A stretch of DNA of 64,000 nucleotides, from the NCBI GenBank assembly GCA_028023455.1, contig JAQFVV010000009.1, forward strand, positions 5,890,001 through 5,954,000, in the 5' to 3' direction. This document shows, one piece after another, positions 50,154-61,830 of this stretch (positions within the stretch are counted from its first letter, which is position 1; each line of letters starts with the position of its first letter). Position numbers and translations under genes: made by a program. This DNA is from Epiperipatus broadwayi. Lineage: Eukaryota > Animalia > Onychophora. Under the pieces are notes generated by a model. The model was not told the DNA's origin and searched no databases. It saw nothing but the letters and a program-made list of their open reading frames with translations.

Positions 50154-53100
50154 AAATTCTTAACATAATATATATTGCAATAGATCTTTGTTCCCAAAGA
50201 AATTGTAATCTCCAGAAATAGATAGTTAACAAATGAAGATAGATTTATTTATTTGTATATATGTTCTTGTTAGATGATTTTCTCTTTTAAATAGCAGTAA
50301 AAGGTGTAATGAACTTTAGAAGACTATTTATAGGTAAATATATTTCTGTAACATTTAAAACAAATTTTTTTAAGGATTTTGTGTTGTTGTACTTAGCAAT
50401 TTAATTACCATTATGACTGATACCAATGAAAACATGTCAGGCGAGTTCAATATTAGTATGTTGGAATTAATGATGACATTTCAAGATATGATAAAGGTTG
50501 AATTAAATGCTAGTTATAAATAATTATGGACTGATTTAAAAACTAAGATATATGATTATTTTAAAACTCTTATGACTAAGATAGATACTAATTCTAAAAA
50601 TCTTGAGACTAAGGTTGCTGAAGCTATACCATTTGGAGTAGAATCTAAAATGCAACCCCCAGCATTGATAGGAGAATGAAAAAATTTAGAGGAATCCTGA
50701 GCTACAACTCAAGCACTAAAGGCTATTAATTTTAAATTGGAGAGATCCCAAGATGAAGGGGATATTAAATTTAAAGAAGATAGAGCTGAAGTCGATAATT
50801 CTTCCAAGAGTAATAGGGAAAAGATTATTTTAATAGATGAACTTTATTTAAAGGAATATAGTAATAAGTATAAAAATTCATCCCTAAAGATGAAACTTTG
50901 AAAGGCTAAATGATTTTGCTATCACAAAATACATAGTGATGAATATAGGAATTTTAGTTTTGAATGTATGGAATTCTTTCAAACAATAAATAGACAAAGT
51001 TTTAAAATATGTGAAAATATTGGGCTAATGTGTAAAGTAAACCTTTGCAAAGAGTGTATGAATAACTTGTATTTTAATAATTTAGAGATAAAGATTTGTA
51101 AATAACTTTGATAATTCGAATTTGTTAGAAGAGTTATGTTTAATGAATGATTTTCTGAAAATAATTTATGAGCTGAGGGAAAGAAGCAGCCGTACATTAA
51201 ATTAATTTACATGGAGAAAGATCTTACAAACTTATTCCAGTGAATATGAATGATTATAAAATGGTATCATAAGCAATAGTTTCCAATATTTTTAAACCTT
51301 ATGAATTTGATATCAATAGATATGATCACTGGAAAATATCTGAAAGGCCAAGTACAATGAATAAGTTTAGCTCATGTCATTCTAAAACTAATGGTAACAG
51401 AACAAATAAATGCTAAGTGTTTGATTTATAATAATATAAATTTAGAAAATATAATTTTTATCAGACTACCATAGAATATGTCAATCAATATGGTTATACC
51501 AATAAATATTTAGTTTGTAGTAAAGGCAATAGCAATTTTATTTGGCACAAGGAAACTATATTTTTAAGCCTCTTAGAAATTAGTCAAAATTTGTGTAACT
51601 TATATATATATAATATTGTAGATTTATTTTATAAATATCCTGTTAGGATAAAGTTTAAGGATGCAATTTTTATATTATTAATTTTTATCATACTCAAAAA
51701 ATACATATGTATATTTAAGATTTTAGTTGTTATAAAAGGATCTTATAATTCTAAGTCTGATGCATATTGTATCATTATAAATTAAAACAATGTTGTTCAT
51801 TTAATTTAACATATTTGTTACAAACTGATTAGAATAGAAATTACATATATATATAAACTTAATATATTTATTATAAAATTAGTTGGTGATTTAATATTGG
51901 TTACAATTTCTATGTTAGTCACCCATGGGAACATCAATTTAAATTTTTTTTAACAACTTGTATGAAGGACCTTATAAGATAAGTAAGAAAATAGGTGTAA
52001 ATGTCTATATGATAGATATGCCAGAAGTATTAAAAGGAATATATAATGCCCAAAGTTTAAGATCCATGTATCTGGAATAATTGGTATTTATATAATAATT
52101 CCTTATCTATGTAGATAAATATTATTATGCTGATCACTTGTAAATAGAATGAAAGAAATATGAACTTAATTTAATGATATTTGCAAAGGTGTTTAATTTA
52201 ATTGGACAAAAATATCTTGCTTGTTTTAAAGAGATATTTTAGTCTTGTGAAATAGTATTCCTTTCATAATAAACTTGTATTTCACTATTGTAATCCATTT
52301 TGGTTATTAGCAATAATAATATTTTTGTTGTTGTTGTAAGAGAAAGAGAAATGTAAGGATTAGTCCCAGTCCAATTCTTAAAGTATATCATCTTAAAAAA
52401 AAAAAAAGGAAAATATTATTTTCCTTGAATCAGAAATTAATATCATATGATTTCCTTACACATTTGTAGACATATATATAGTTTTAAAAAAAATTCAATG
52501 TAACAATTTAATTTTGTGTTTAGATTTGTTTTTAAAAAAGTTATAATTTCTTTTTCATTGCCGTTGTTGTTTGCAAAAGTTAATATTTTGTTTATATTTA
52601 AATTAAATATAATAATAGAGTGATTAAATTATAGGTTGAATTACTATTAATAATCAATTTTAGTTATAATAATAGCAATAGAATGTGTGAGTGTGGATAT
52701 GAGATAAAATATGGAGAAATGCTTTATTCATTTTATAAAATTTGTTTAAAATTATTTATTTTATTTTTATTAAATATAAATATTTTGATGTTCTGTTTTA
52801 AATGTGGCAACATTAGAAAGGGTTGTCATGTAGTGTGTTTGCAACTCTTGGTTTACAACAATAGACTATTACAAAAACATGCAAAGATCAGGCTATATGT
52901 TCGAACAATGCCATGGAAATGTGTATGTAAAGAGAATTATTGGACAGAAATAAAAAAAATATTTGGAGGGGACTAGTTTATCCTTTTGCTTTTGCCATTG
53001 CTGATTCTTCTTGCTATTTGCCATTATACTGCTAAATTACAGATAACATTATTATGTATGAACAAATAATAAATATGAGTACCTAAAAAGCCAAATTGTC

Positions 53101-54949
53101 TGAAGATCTATCAAACCTTTTATTCATTGCTCTGCCAGTTCCATCGGACATGAGAAATCTTTTCAAGATGTATGTTTACAAGAAAATAAAAATAATCTAT
53201 TCGAACATCTCTAGTAGAAAGATGTCAACATCTCGATTGATTTAAATTTTCTAAGCATTTCCAAGAACAGTTAATTAGTGTCATTTTCTGGCTGTAACTA
53301 TCTTCAAAAACAAGCACTTGAACAATAGACTTCATACTCTTAAAACTATTCAATTTTCAAATAATGGTTTGTTTTCCGCAATCTTCACAGCTACCCATTT
53401 GCTTTTCTTAAATCATCGCAGGATGAAGAGTTGAAAACAGTGTTGTGTTATAAATTTTGTTTACATAGAACTTTAAAAAATAAATAAGGAAAATAAAGAG
53501 AAAGGTCAATGTATTATTATTATTTTGTATGTTTTATTTTAGCATTCTCCAGTGAAAGTTTATGAAAATGAAGAACAGCTATTTATATTTATTTAATAAT
53601 TGTATAATCTATTCCACATATTAATTTATGAGCATGAATAAATTACTTTAGATGCATGTAATTCATTGTTTAATAAGGGTTACCGAGATCATAAAATTAT
53701 TTTTTTTTATAACTTATAATAATTTAGTCTAGTCATTTATAATATGTCTTCAGAGAGGAATGGGGTTTGGTTGAGGTAAAGTTTTTATAAACTTAAATAG
53801 TTGTTGTTCGTATATTTTTAATAATAGTAGCTATGTCTTAGTTGCATTATAGCACACTTTTTTTTTTTAATATATATTTAGTGAAGCATATGCATATGTT
53901 CCTATACTATTTCTTTTTATATTTTAGCCACTCGATAAATGACCCATTGTCATAATGATCATAAGGATAGTATTTTCAATGATCATATATATATAAGATT
54001 AAAGAGAAGAAGTATAATTGAAAGAATCAGATGTGAATTATTAAAGTTATTCACGTGATAAAACATAGTCAAGATATTAGATAATCATTGGACCAAAATA
54101 ATGCTGCTTTTATATGCATAATATTATAAACTATTCATTTCTTTGTCATAAACCGGAAATAATAAGGAAATATGTAATTAAAATGGAAAATCAATAAATT
54201 ATTAGTAATATCCTGTTATTTAACATGAACTTATTCATTAATTAAACTTGATTTAATATTTTTCTTTTTATTTATTTATAAGATTACATCACTCATCACA
54301 AATTTGGGTCACATGATCATATTTGGTAATACAGATATTTAATTTACCCTGAGATGCTTGAACTAATATTTAAATATATTTTGAACCTATAGTTAAGAAG
54401 AGATTTATAGTATGCAAGATTCACATACTTTTAAAATCAAATTAGGAGTTAAGAAGAGATTACTTTATTAAAGTTAATTGGGTTATTTATTTATTTATTA
54501 AATGTAGTTTGAATTCAATAAAATGTCCTTTGACTCCTGATTATAATAACAATCTCAGCATTTAGATTTACAGAAACAATTTTAGCTGCTAACTGGTCAT
54601 GTTATTTTACGTGATAGTTTAGTAGATTTAAAGTTTAGTTACAATTGGCTGGACCAATTAATGGGACATGACCAAGCTAAACTCTATTCGATTACAGTTA
54701 TTACCCCAAATTGATATCATGATGAATCTCTTTGCACAGTTACAATATATATATATATATTTGATATGAATGCATATATGTATATATAAATGTAGTTAAT
54801 AAGATATATGTAAAAAAAATTAATCATTTACAAGTAGATATAATGTTGTATGTTTATACGATTAAGTATTTGTGTATTTATATTATATATGGTTTGCAGC
54901 TTTGAGGAAGATTACTGGGCAATCAAAATTGTCACATGGATTAATTCTA

Positions 54950-56100
54950 ATTTAATAAAATAAGCATTGAAAAAATAAAAAGAAAGGTGGATTTGTTTGA
55001 TTTTTATAATTTATTAATGCATAAAAAAAGATAAATTGATTTTATTAATAAATTGCTCCTGTCAAAAATGAATAATTATCAAAAATTTGTTAAAGGTTTT
55101 AGAAAATCAAAAAGCATTATAGGCATGGTTATGGTCTTGGTTGCCACAGCAATGAAAAAAAGTGTCATAAACATGATGTGATTTATATATTCCTTTTATC
55201 GATTTGCTACAGATAGTTGTCCATAGACTTTATGCATGGTTGAAAAACAAAATTCCTACTGATATTAGAAAATGGATGCTTCTGAAATAAAAACCAGTTT
55301 TAAACAGAAATGTATATTAATGATATGTTGTAGGTTTGATAGGAGTTTTTAATTTAAATTGATTAAAAGCAAAGATAAGAACTTTATTTTTTTAATTTCT
55401 AGATTTACAATAAACTGTATCGTTCTTGTAAATTCAAAGAATGAACTTGCAGAATGTTTTGAAAGGCTTTCATTTAGGAATAATTGTTAAAAAAAAAAAA
55501 ATCAAGATGCTTTATGAGCACAAGATGAAAAAAAAACTTTTTTCATATGGATTATTAGTGTAAAAATGTGGATCAATTTAAATATTTTGGTAATGTTGAG
55601 GGGTATAACATGGAATCCAATATCCTGCTGAGGTATTTAATAAGTTATAAAACATTTTATCATAGAGCTACAACTACTTCATTTAATATAATTATATATA
55701 AAATTATTATTTTGCCAAATTTATTGCAATGAAATATGAAATGAATTTTATATTTAAATAAATCAAAAATTATTTTAAAAAATGTATTTGAATGCTCTGT
55801 AATATTCTTAAAATGTGATGGCAAGATCATTGTACCAACTGATATGCTCTACAGCTAGCTGGATGTGATAATATTAAGTTTATATTATAACTTTGTATGA
55901 GAAAAGCAGACCATTTATATTATAAATATTATCATAAAGAAGCTTAAAAATGTGCAGTTTTAACTATATTCATTTGAAGACTGTGGCATACAATGGAGAG
56001 CTGTATTAGCATGATGTTGAAATCTTTTAGTAAAACAGTTTGCAGAAGAAATTAAAAGGCAACATAAGATATTAATTCAACAGATAAAAAAAAAAACACC
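54950..56100 (+). mobile_element. Heavily decayed RTE-like RT fragment
   Basis: Broken frames resemble GFRKSKSI...YIPFIDFA and NVDQFKYFG. Confidence 0.4.
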
Positions 56101-57589
56101 CTAATAAAATTCACAGATTGATTAGTGTAGACATTGCAAAACTCATATTTAACTTTCTCATTCTATTTTTCCACCATTTTTTTTTGTTCTGGAATCAGAA
56201 TGATCATAGTCATTTGTGATTGCCACTAATGATGATAGAGCACTAAGTTGAACTGCAATTCATGGTTATTTAGCTCTTGAATCTGCCGCCCTATCATTAA
56301 ATTGTTACATGAATTTATTTTTTTTCTAAGAAAAGAAAAAAATGGAACTGATATTATATCATTTTCAACCTAAACGTTAATCATTTTGTTTAAAATAATT
56401 TTTTTTATTTTTTACTTTAACCAATATATATATATTTCTTAGTTTTGTTTGAGACTATATAATTATTAATCATAACTGAAAAAAGAAAGCAATCTATAAA
56501 GCAATAACATTGTACTTCTTTGGATTATATCTATATATGTTTCTATTTTTCATTAAATGATGTCACTATTATCTATTTGAAAGGCAAATATTTTGTTAGA
56601 ATATAAACACATTTTGAATAATTATATGCATTTTTTGCATAAATGGTAAGCACTGATTTTGAATTATAAATGCTATCTAAATAATGAGATAACAAGTTTA
56701 CAAATGATATTTCTGGTAAAATTATAAAAGAATATTACAAAAAAACTCATTAGATGTTTTCTATAAATCTTAATGATGTAAAATATTTCACCACTTTATG
56801 TGCAATTGTAAACTGAAGATGCTACAATAAATCAAAATGGTAAGCAATGACAAAATAGCATTAACAATGAACAAGTAATCATAGAATATCTCAATTTAAT
56901 TTCAGACAACAGAATTAATCTGATGTTATCATAGAAGTTTTGATGTTTTTTTTTATCAACATCAAAGTTTAAAAAACTTAGATATTTTGATACTATAAAA
57001 AAAAAAAAAAAATTTAATGCTACTTATAAAAGTATATGTTCTGGTTATTCAAAATTAATATCATTATAACAAAAGGAATAATAAAAAGAAATGTGAAACA
57101 ATATTGATTAAATATTTTTCTGAACAACAAAGATTTAAATAACAATGAAATTTTAATAAATAATAATTCAATTTTAATAATAAATATGACTAATTAATTT
57201 TTTTTTTAAATCATAAGTAGCATCTGTTTAAAATATAACTGAGTTATTTCTTTTTCCAGAACATATTTCATTGTGCTAAAACTAATAAATTAAAGCTACA
57301 GATTATCTTTCAAACACATAATGTGCACAATTCAAAATATTCTCATAGTTTAAAATGATTATAATTTTAATTTACTAAGATATTAAATGTACTTTTAAAA
57401 ATTCCTGATTATATTAATTTTGGTATCATTTAATTATTTGAACCTCTTGCAGTTATTTTTATATATCACTTTTGACAAGTTATAGCTAGTTTCATAGTTA
57501 CACATTAAATACTGTATAAAAGATATAAATATTAAAAAAAAAAACAGAACATTACTAATAATAGTATTTTGATGTATTTTAAAATTTAC

Positions 57590-57652
57590 CTGTCGCTGCA
57601 GCTGATTAACATTGGTTACTGAATTTAATTGTTGCAAAATGTCCCTGCACTC
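57590..57652 (-). CDS. CEP295: CEP295-like, 63 nt exon (ECRDILQQLNSVTNVNQLQRQ)
   Basis: TATTAG acceptor at 57653, GTAAAT donor at 57589, phase 0 at both ends. Loosely resembles recalled CEP295 DREWLMKELQNMQQQDLARRRQ, which precedes the AFEDMY motif. Confidence 0.65.
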
Positions 57653-58087
57653 CTAATAAATATATATAATTCATTATTGATTTTATAATTTAATTTTATA
57701 TATTTTAGATTTTTGTTACAAAAGTTCCTATAAAAATAAAGAATATATATATTTTTAAGAAAATAAAAATTTGTTAAAAAAAATTATTTCCCCTCTAAGT
57801 ACGAAAATTTTTGGATCACTGTATTACTAAAGAATAAACTTCAATAAATAAACAAATCAAATAATAATGATTAAATAAGTAGAGATATCAAAAAAGACCT
57901 AAAAAATAAAACATAAAATAATGGTGATAGCAATGATATAATAAAAGGCCATTAAAATCAAAAAATAAAAAACAATATGGATATTTTTTTTTCAAAAAGC
58001 AAATTGTATCTAATAAACATTTTGATTAAAATATAATACAATTCATAAAGATTACAAAAATAAAAAAAATTGCATATTATTATATTT

Positions 58088-58258
58088 TTTATAATTCTTA
58101 AGAGGAATGGGTTCAAAATATTTATGCAAAAGAATACTTGATAGGGATGATTTTTTAGGGTGTATCATTGCATATTCTTTATAATTCTTAAGAGGAATGG
58201 GTTCAAAATATTTCTTCAAAAGAATACTTGATAGGGATGATTTTTTAGGGTATATCGA
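58088..58258 (+). repeat. Tandem duplication, 2 x 90 bp
   Basis: TTTATAATTCTTAAGAGGAATGGGTTCAAAATATTT...GATAGGGATGATTTTTTAGGGT occurs at 58088 and 58178. Confidence 0.95.
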
Positions 58259-58716
58259 CTGCTATATGAATTTATATTCATTAACCCTATCATTAACCCT
58301 ACCTTTTAGTATCAAATCTAATTAAAGTCAAAACATTAATGTTACTCATATTGAGTAAATACTAATTTCAAATACATATAAATTGTGATTGCAAATGATT
58401 ATACTATGAAATGAATATAACATATAGCTATTCTTAAAGTGCAATATCCTATTTTCATGGGTTACAGATATAAATTATAATAAAATTGTTGCATCCAGTG
58501 GCACTCTATTGCTCACTGGATTGCAAATATCAATAACACAAATATATAATAATTAATGAGCAGCTCAGTAAGCAAATTTAAATAACGAGAATTTATTTAC
58601 AGAGTTATATATGAGTTAATCACTCCTGTTTAATATATACAAAAATATGACTATTATACACACGCTATATATATATAAATAAGGGCCTGAAGGCGTACAA
58701 AATAATAATGAGATCA

Positions 58717-60366
58717 ATCATCATCATCATCATTATCAACCATTATCAATCCACTGCAGGATGAAGGTCTCTCCAAGTTTAATCCATCTTCTCCGATCTT
58801 TAGCTTCTCTTCTCCACATCACCCCTACACATTTTCTTATTTCATCCATCCATCTTACATGTGGTCTCCTTCTGGGTCTTTTACAATCTCTTGGAATCCA
58901 GTTTAAAATTTCAATTGTCCATCTATTATCATCTCTTCTAGCAATATGTCCAGCCCAACTCCACTTCAATCTTTTAATTTTTTCAATGAGGTCAGTAACA
59001 CCTGTTTATTCTCTTACCCATACATTGCGTTTTCGATCTCTTCTTGTTACTCCCAACATACATCTCTCCATACTTCTTTGAGTGGTCTGAAGTCTCTGTA
59101 TTGATCTTCTATTAAGTGTCCAAGTCTCAGATCCATAAGTAAGAACTGGTAAAACACATTTGTTAAAAACCTTTCTTTTCAAACACATAGGCATATTTCC
59201 TTTTAATATCAAGTTATTTCTACCAAAAGCACTCCAACCAAGTTTAATTCTATGATTAATTTCCTCTATTATGTTTCCATCTGTATTAATAATCTGACCA
59301 AGGTATTTGTAACTCTTAACTTCTTCTAATTCATCATAGTCAATCTTTATTTTCATATTTGGAGCAAATCGATTAAACATTACTTTAGTCTTTTTAACAT
59401 TTATCTTTAGTCCTACTTTCCTACTTTCATCTGATAACTCCTGCAACATTTCCTGCAGCTCGGAAGCATTATTTGCAAAAACAACTACATCATCTGCGAA
59501 ATCTAAATGACTTAAATAATCTCCATTTACTTTCACTCCTTTAGTTTCCCATTTTAATCCACAAAATACTTCTTGCAGCACTGTTGTAAAAAGTTTTGGA
59601 GATATGGAGTCACCTTGTCTTACACCTTTCTCAATGTTGACTTTCCCAGTATCATTATGTAATCTAATTGTTGCTGTTGCATTTTTATAAATATTCTTTA
59701 AAATATGACAATATCCTGGATCTATACCTTGATGATCCAATGCTTTAATCACTGAAGAAATGTTTATAGAAATCAAATGCCTTTTCATAATCTACAAATC
59801 CAAAACATAATGACAACTCATATTCATTTGTCCTTTCTATAACTTCTCTCAATACTTGAATATGATCTACTGTACTAAAACCACTTTTAAATCCAGCTTG
59901 TTCTCTTGGTTGGTGAAAATCCAAGGTTCTCTGTAGACGAGTTGTAATTATCTTGGTAAAAATTTTATATAAAACTGATAAAAGGCTGATAGGTCTGTAA
60001 TTTCTAATATCTTCTTTATCACCTTTTTTAAATATTAATATTATTACTGCATTCTTCCAATCATCCGGTACATCTTTATCATTTAGACATTTGGTATATA
60101 ACTTTGCTAATATTTTTTCCGTTTCTTCACCTGCTTCTTTTAATATATCAATTATAATTCCATCATTACCTGGAGCCTTTCCTTTTTTCATACATTTAAT
60201 TGCATTTCTCACTTCTTCATTTAAAATTCTGGGCAATTCGGAAGATGTAATAGATATAGGAGGTACTTATTCTTTATTACTATATAATTCTTGATAAAAA
60301 TCTTCTACCAAATTCATAATGTCATCCCTCTTTTTAGTAATAATTCCATCTTTTTTCCTTATTGCA
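58717..60366 (-). mobile_element. RTE-clade LINE, 5'-truncated, relatively young
   Basis: RT domain [37 protein letters not shown] and KWSWAGHIARR, with an (ATC)n tail. Only one frameshift (about 59780) and one nonsense codon (about 59005) seen. Confidence 0.95.
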
Positions 60367-60373
60367 TACGACC

Positions 60374-60837
60374 TGTTATGTAGTTCCTATGTTTACTTTG
60401 GAATGTCCGGAGGTAAACCTCTCTGCAAGGTTAAGTGAAGGAAGGAGCTGACTGGAGCACCCAAGGAAATGGCACATCTGCCTTTCAAGAACTTCACTTA
60501 GCAAGTGTCCCATCTCAGTTGGAATTCTAGATCTATTATTCCTCTCTCCTTGTTTTTAGAGAAGCCTCCCTTGAATGGCCATCTGCTGTCCACGTGGTGG
60601 TCATCTCTTTAGTTATTATTCGATCCTTTGATTAGATAATGCCATGACTTTAAAATTGTCTATTTTAAGCAATGGCTTTGTTTACATTATCTTAATCCTT
60701 CTTGATAAATTACTTTATAGTTTCTCCTTATTAAACTGTTTAATTAGTCTTGCTTTATCAAATATTGTGAATGCCCTTGGCATCCACACACATACTTTTA
60801 GTTTAGCGTTAATATATCATTTATTACTCATAATACA
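60374..60837 (+). mobile_element. Possible solo LTR
   Basis: TGTTATG...CATAATACA ends, GC-richer U3-like 5' half and ATTAAA near 60730; no TSD found. Confidence 0.4.
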
Positions 60838-60859
60838 CAATTAGCAATCCATTTAGTTT

Positions 60860-61255
60860 TACATTTATAATTATTAACTAGTAGTATGTATTTTGTATAT
60901 ACATACATATACACACATTTAGCAAAAATAAACATTAAAAGCATGGAACGCTTGAGAGAGAAGCTATGATGTGTGCAAAATATTAACAGCTTAGCACTTT
61001 TGAGGCAAGTTGCCTCATATTCATAGCGATATTGAGTAGTGCAGAACATAAAGTTAATGGCAATATGCAAAATACATGCAAATTATTTAGATAGTCCAGC
61101 AATTTGAGATGACAAAGCAGGTGTCATGTCTATTGATGGAGTTTTTATTGCCCGTAATGAAATATGCTTCCATAATTTTCTGCTTGATGTAGTTTTCCTT
61201 TATGCACACTACCTTGGGGTTAGAAGGTTCAAATTTGTGGCAGGTAAGTGAGAGA
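60860..61255 (-). mobile_element. Penelope-like 3' fragment (GIY-YIG C-terminus plus 3' region)
   Basis: Minus frame 61255-61087 reads CHKFEPSNPKVVCIKENYIKQKIMEAYFITGNKNSINRHDTCFVISNCWTI* (missed by the ORF track). Confidence 0.7.
60990..61028 (-). ncRNA. Degenerate hammerhead-like motif with an A3-U8 core
   Basis: GCT-ATGAATA-T-GAGGC-AACTT-GCCTC-AAAA-GTGCTA-AGC. Reverting two CpG transitions gives GAAA and palindromic AGCGCT. Confidence 0.4.
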
Positions 61256-61339
61256 AAAAAAAAATTTAATTAGGAAAAAAGTCACAAAAACATCAAATTT
61301 TATAGTAAAAATAAAGATATATATATTGATATAAGGATT

Positions 61340-61830
61340 TTCACAGGTTACAGAAGAAATGAATATGCTAATGCAATTAAGCAACACTTATTATCATCAA
61401 CACTCTCACTCCATGCTATGTCACAATATTGATTTCTCTAATGCCAGGATCCTATCCAGATGTGATACTCTCTATCAATGTAAGATCAAAAAAGCCATTG
61501 AGATACTAAAAAGACAAAACTGCATCAACAAATGTGATGATACATGCAAACTTCCTCTTATTTGGAAGAATTTTTAAAAAAACATATTTCTCAGAAGATT
61601 TATTTATTTTTCAATTTTATATACCTATTGTTTTTTGTTTTTTTTCTATTCATTGATCTTTAACATTGTTATAAATCAGTGTTTATAGTGCCTCTACAAC
61701 CAACTTTATAATATTCTATTCATCAACTAGATGATGGCTTGACGATCAAGCTGAAATGTCAGTATATTCATAATCAAAATCATAAATGAATGAACCTGCA
61801 AAATATATCATCTGTATAAATAGAGAGAGA
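61340..61830 (+). mobile_element. Penelope-like 3' fragment of a different family
   Basis: HNIDFSNARILSRCDTLYQCKIKKAIEILKRQNCINKCDD...LPLIWKNF (ORF 61359..61577), followed by the hammerhead-like ACT-AGATGA-T-GGCTTGA-CGA-TCAAGCT-GAAATGTC-AGT at about 61726-61763. Confidence 0.75.

Larger units (their letters stand above)
44170..54744 (+). mobile_element. Old, internally deleted Gypsy LTR element with long (about 1.8 kb) diverged LTRs
   Basis: 44180-44741 matches 52975-53530, and 49243-49896 matches 54115-54744. Decayed in-frame gag-like ORF from 50412 (MTDTNENMSGEF..., 3 internal stops in about 160 codons) and integrase C-terminal motif YEGPYKISKKIGVNVY at about 51961. Confidence 0.75.

Noticed and set aside
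58761-59081. Plus-strand ORF (and the similar 38711..38968)
   Set aside because: Antisense shadow of the RTE coding frame.
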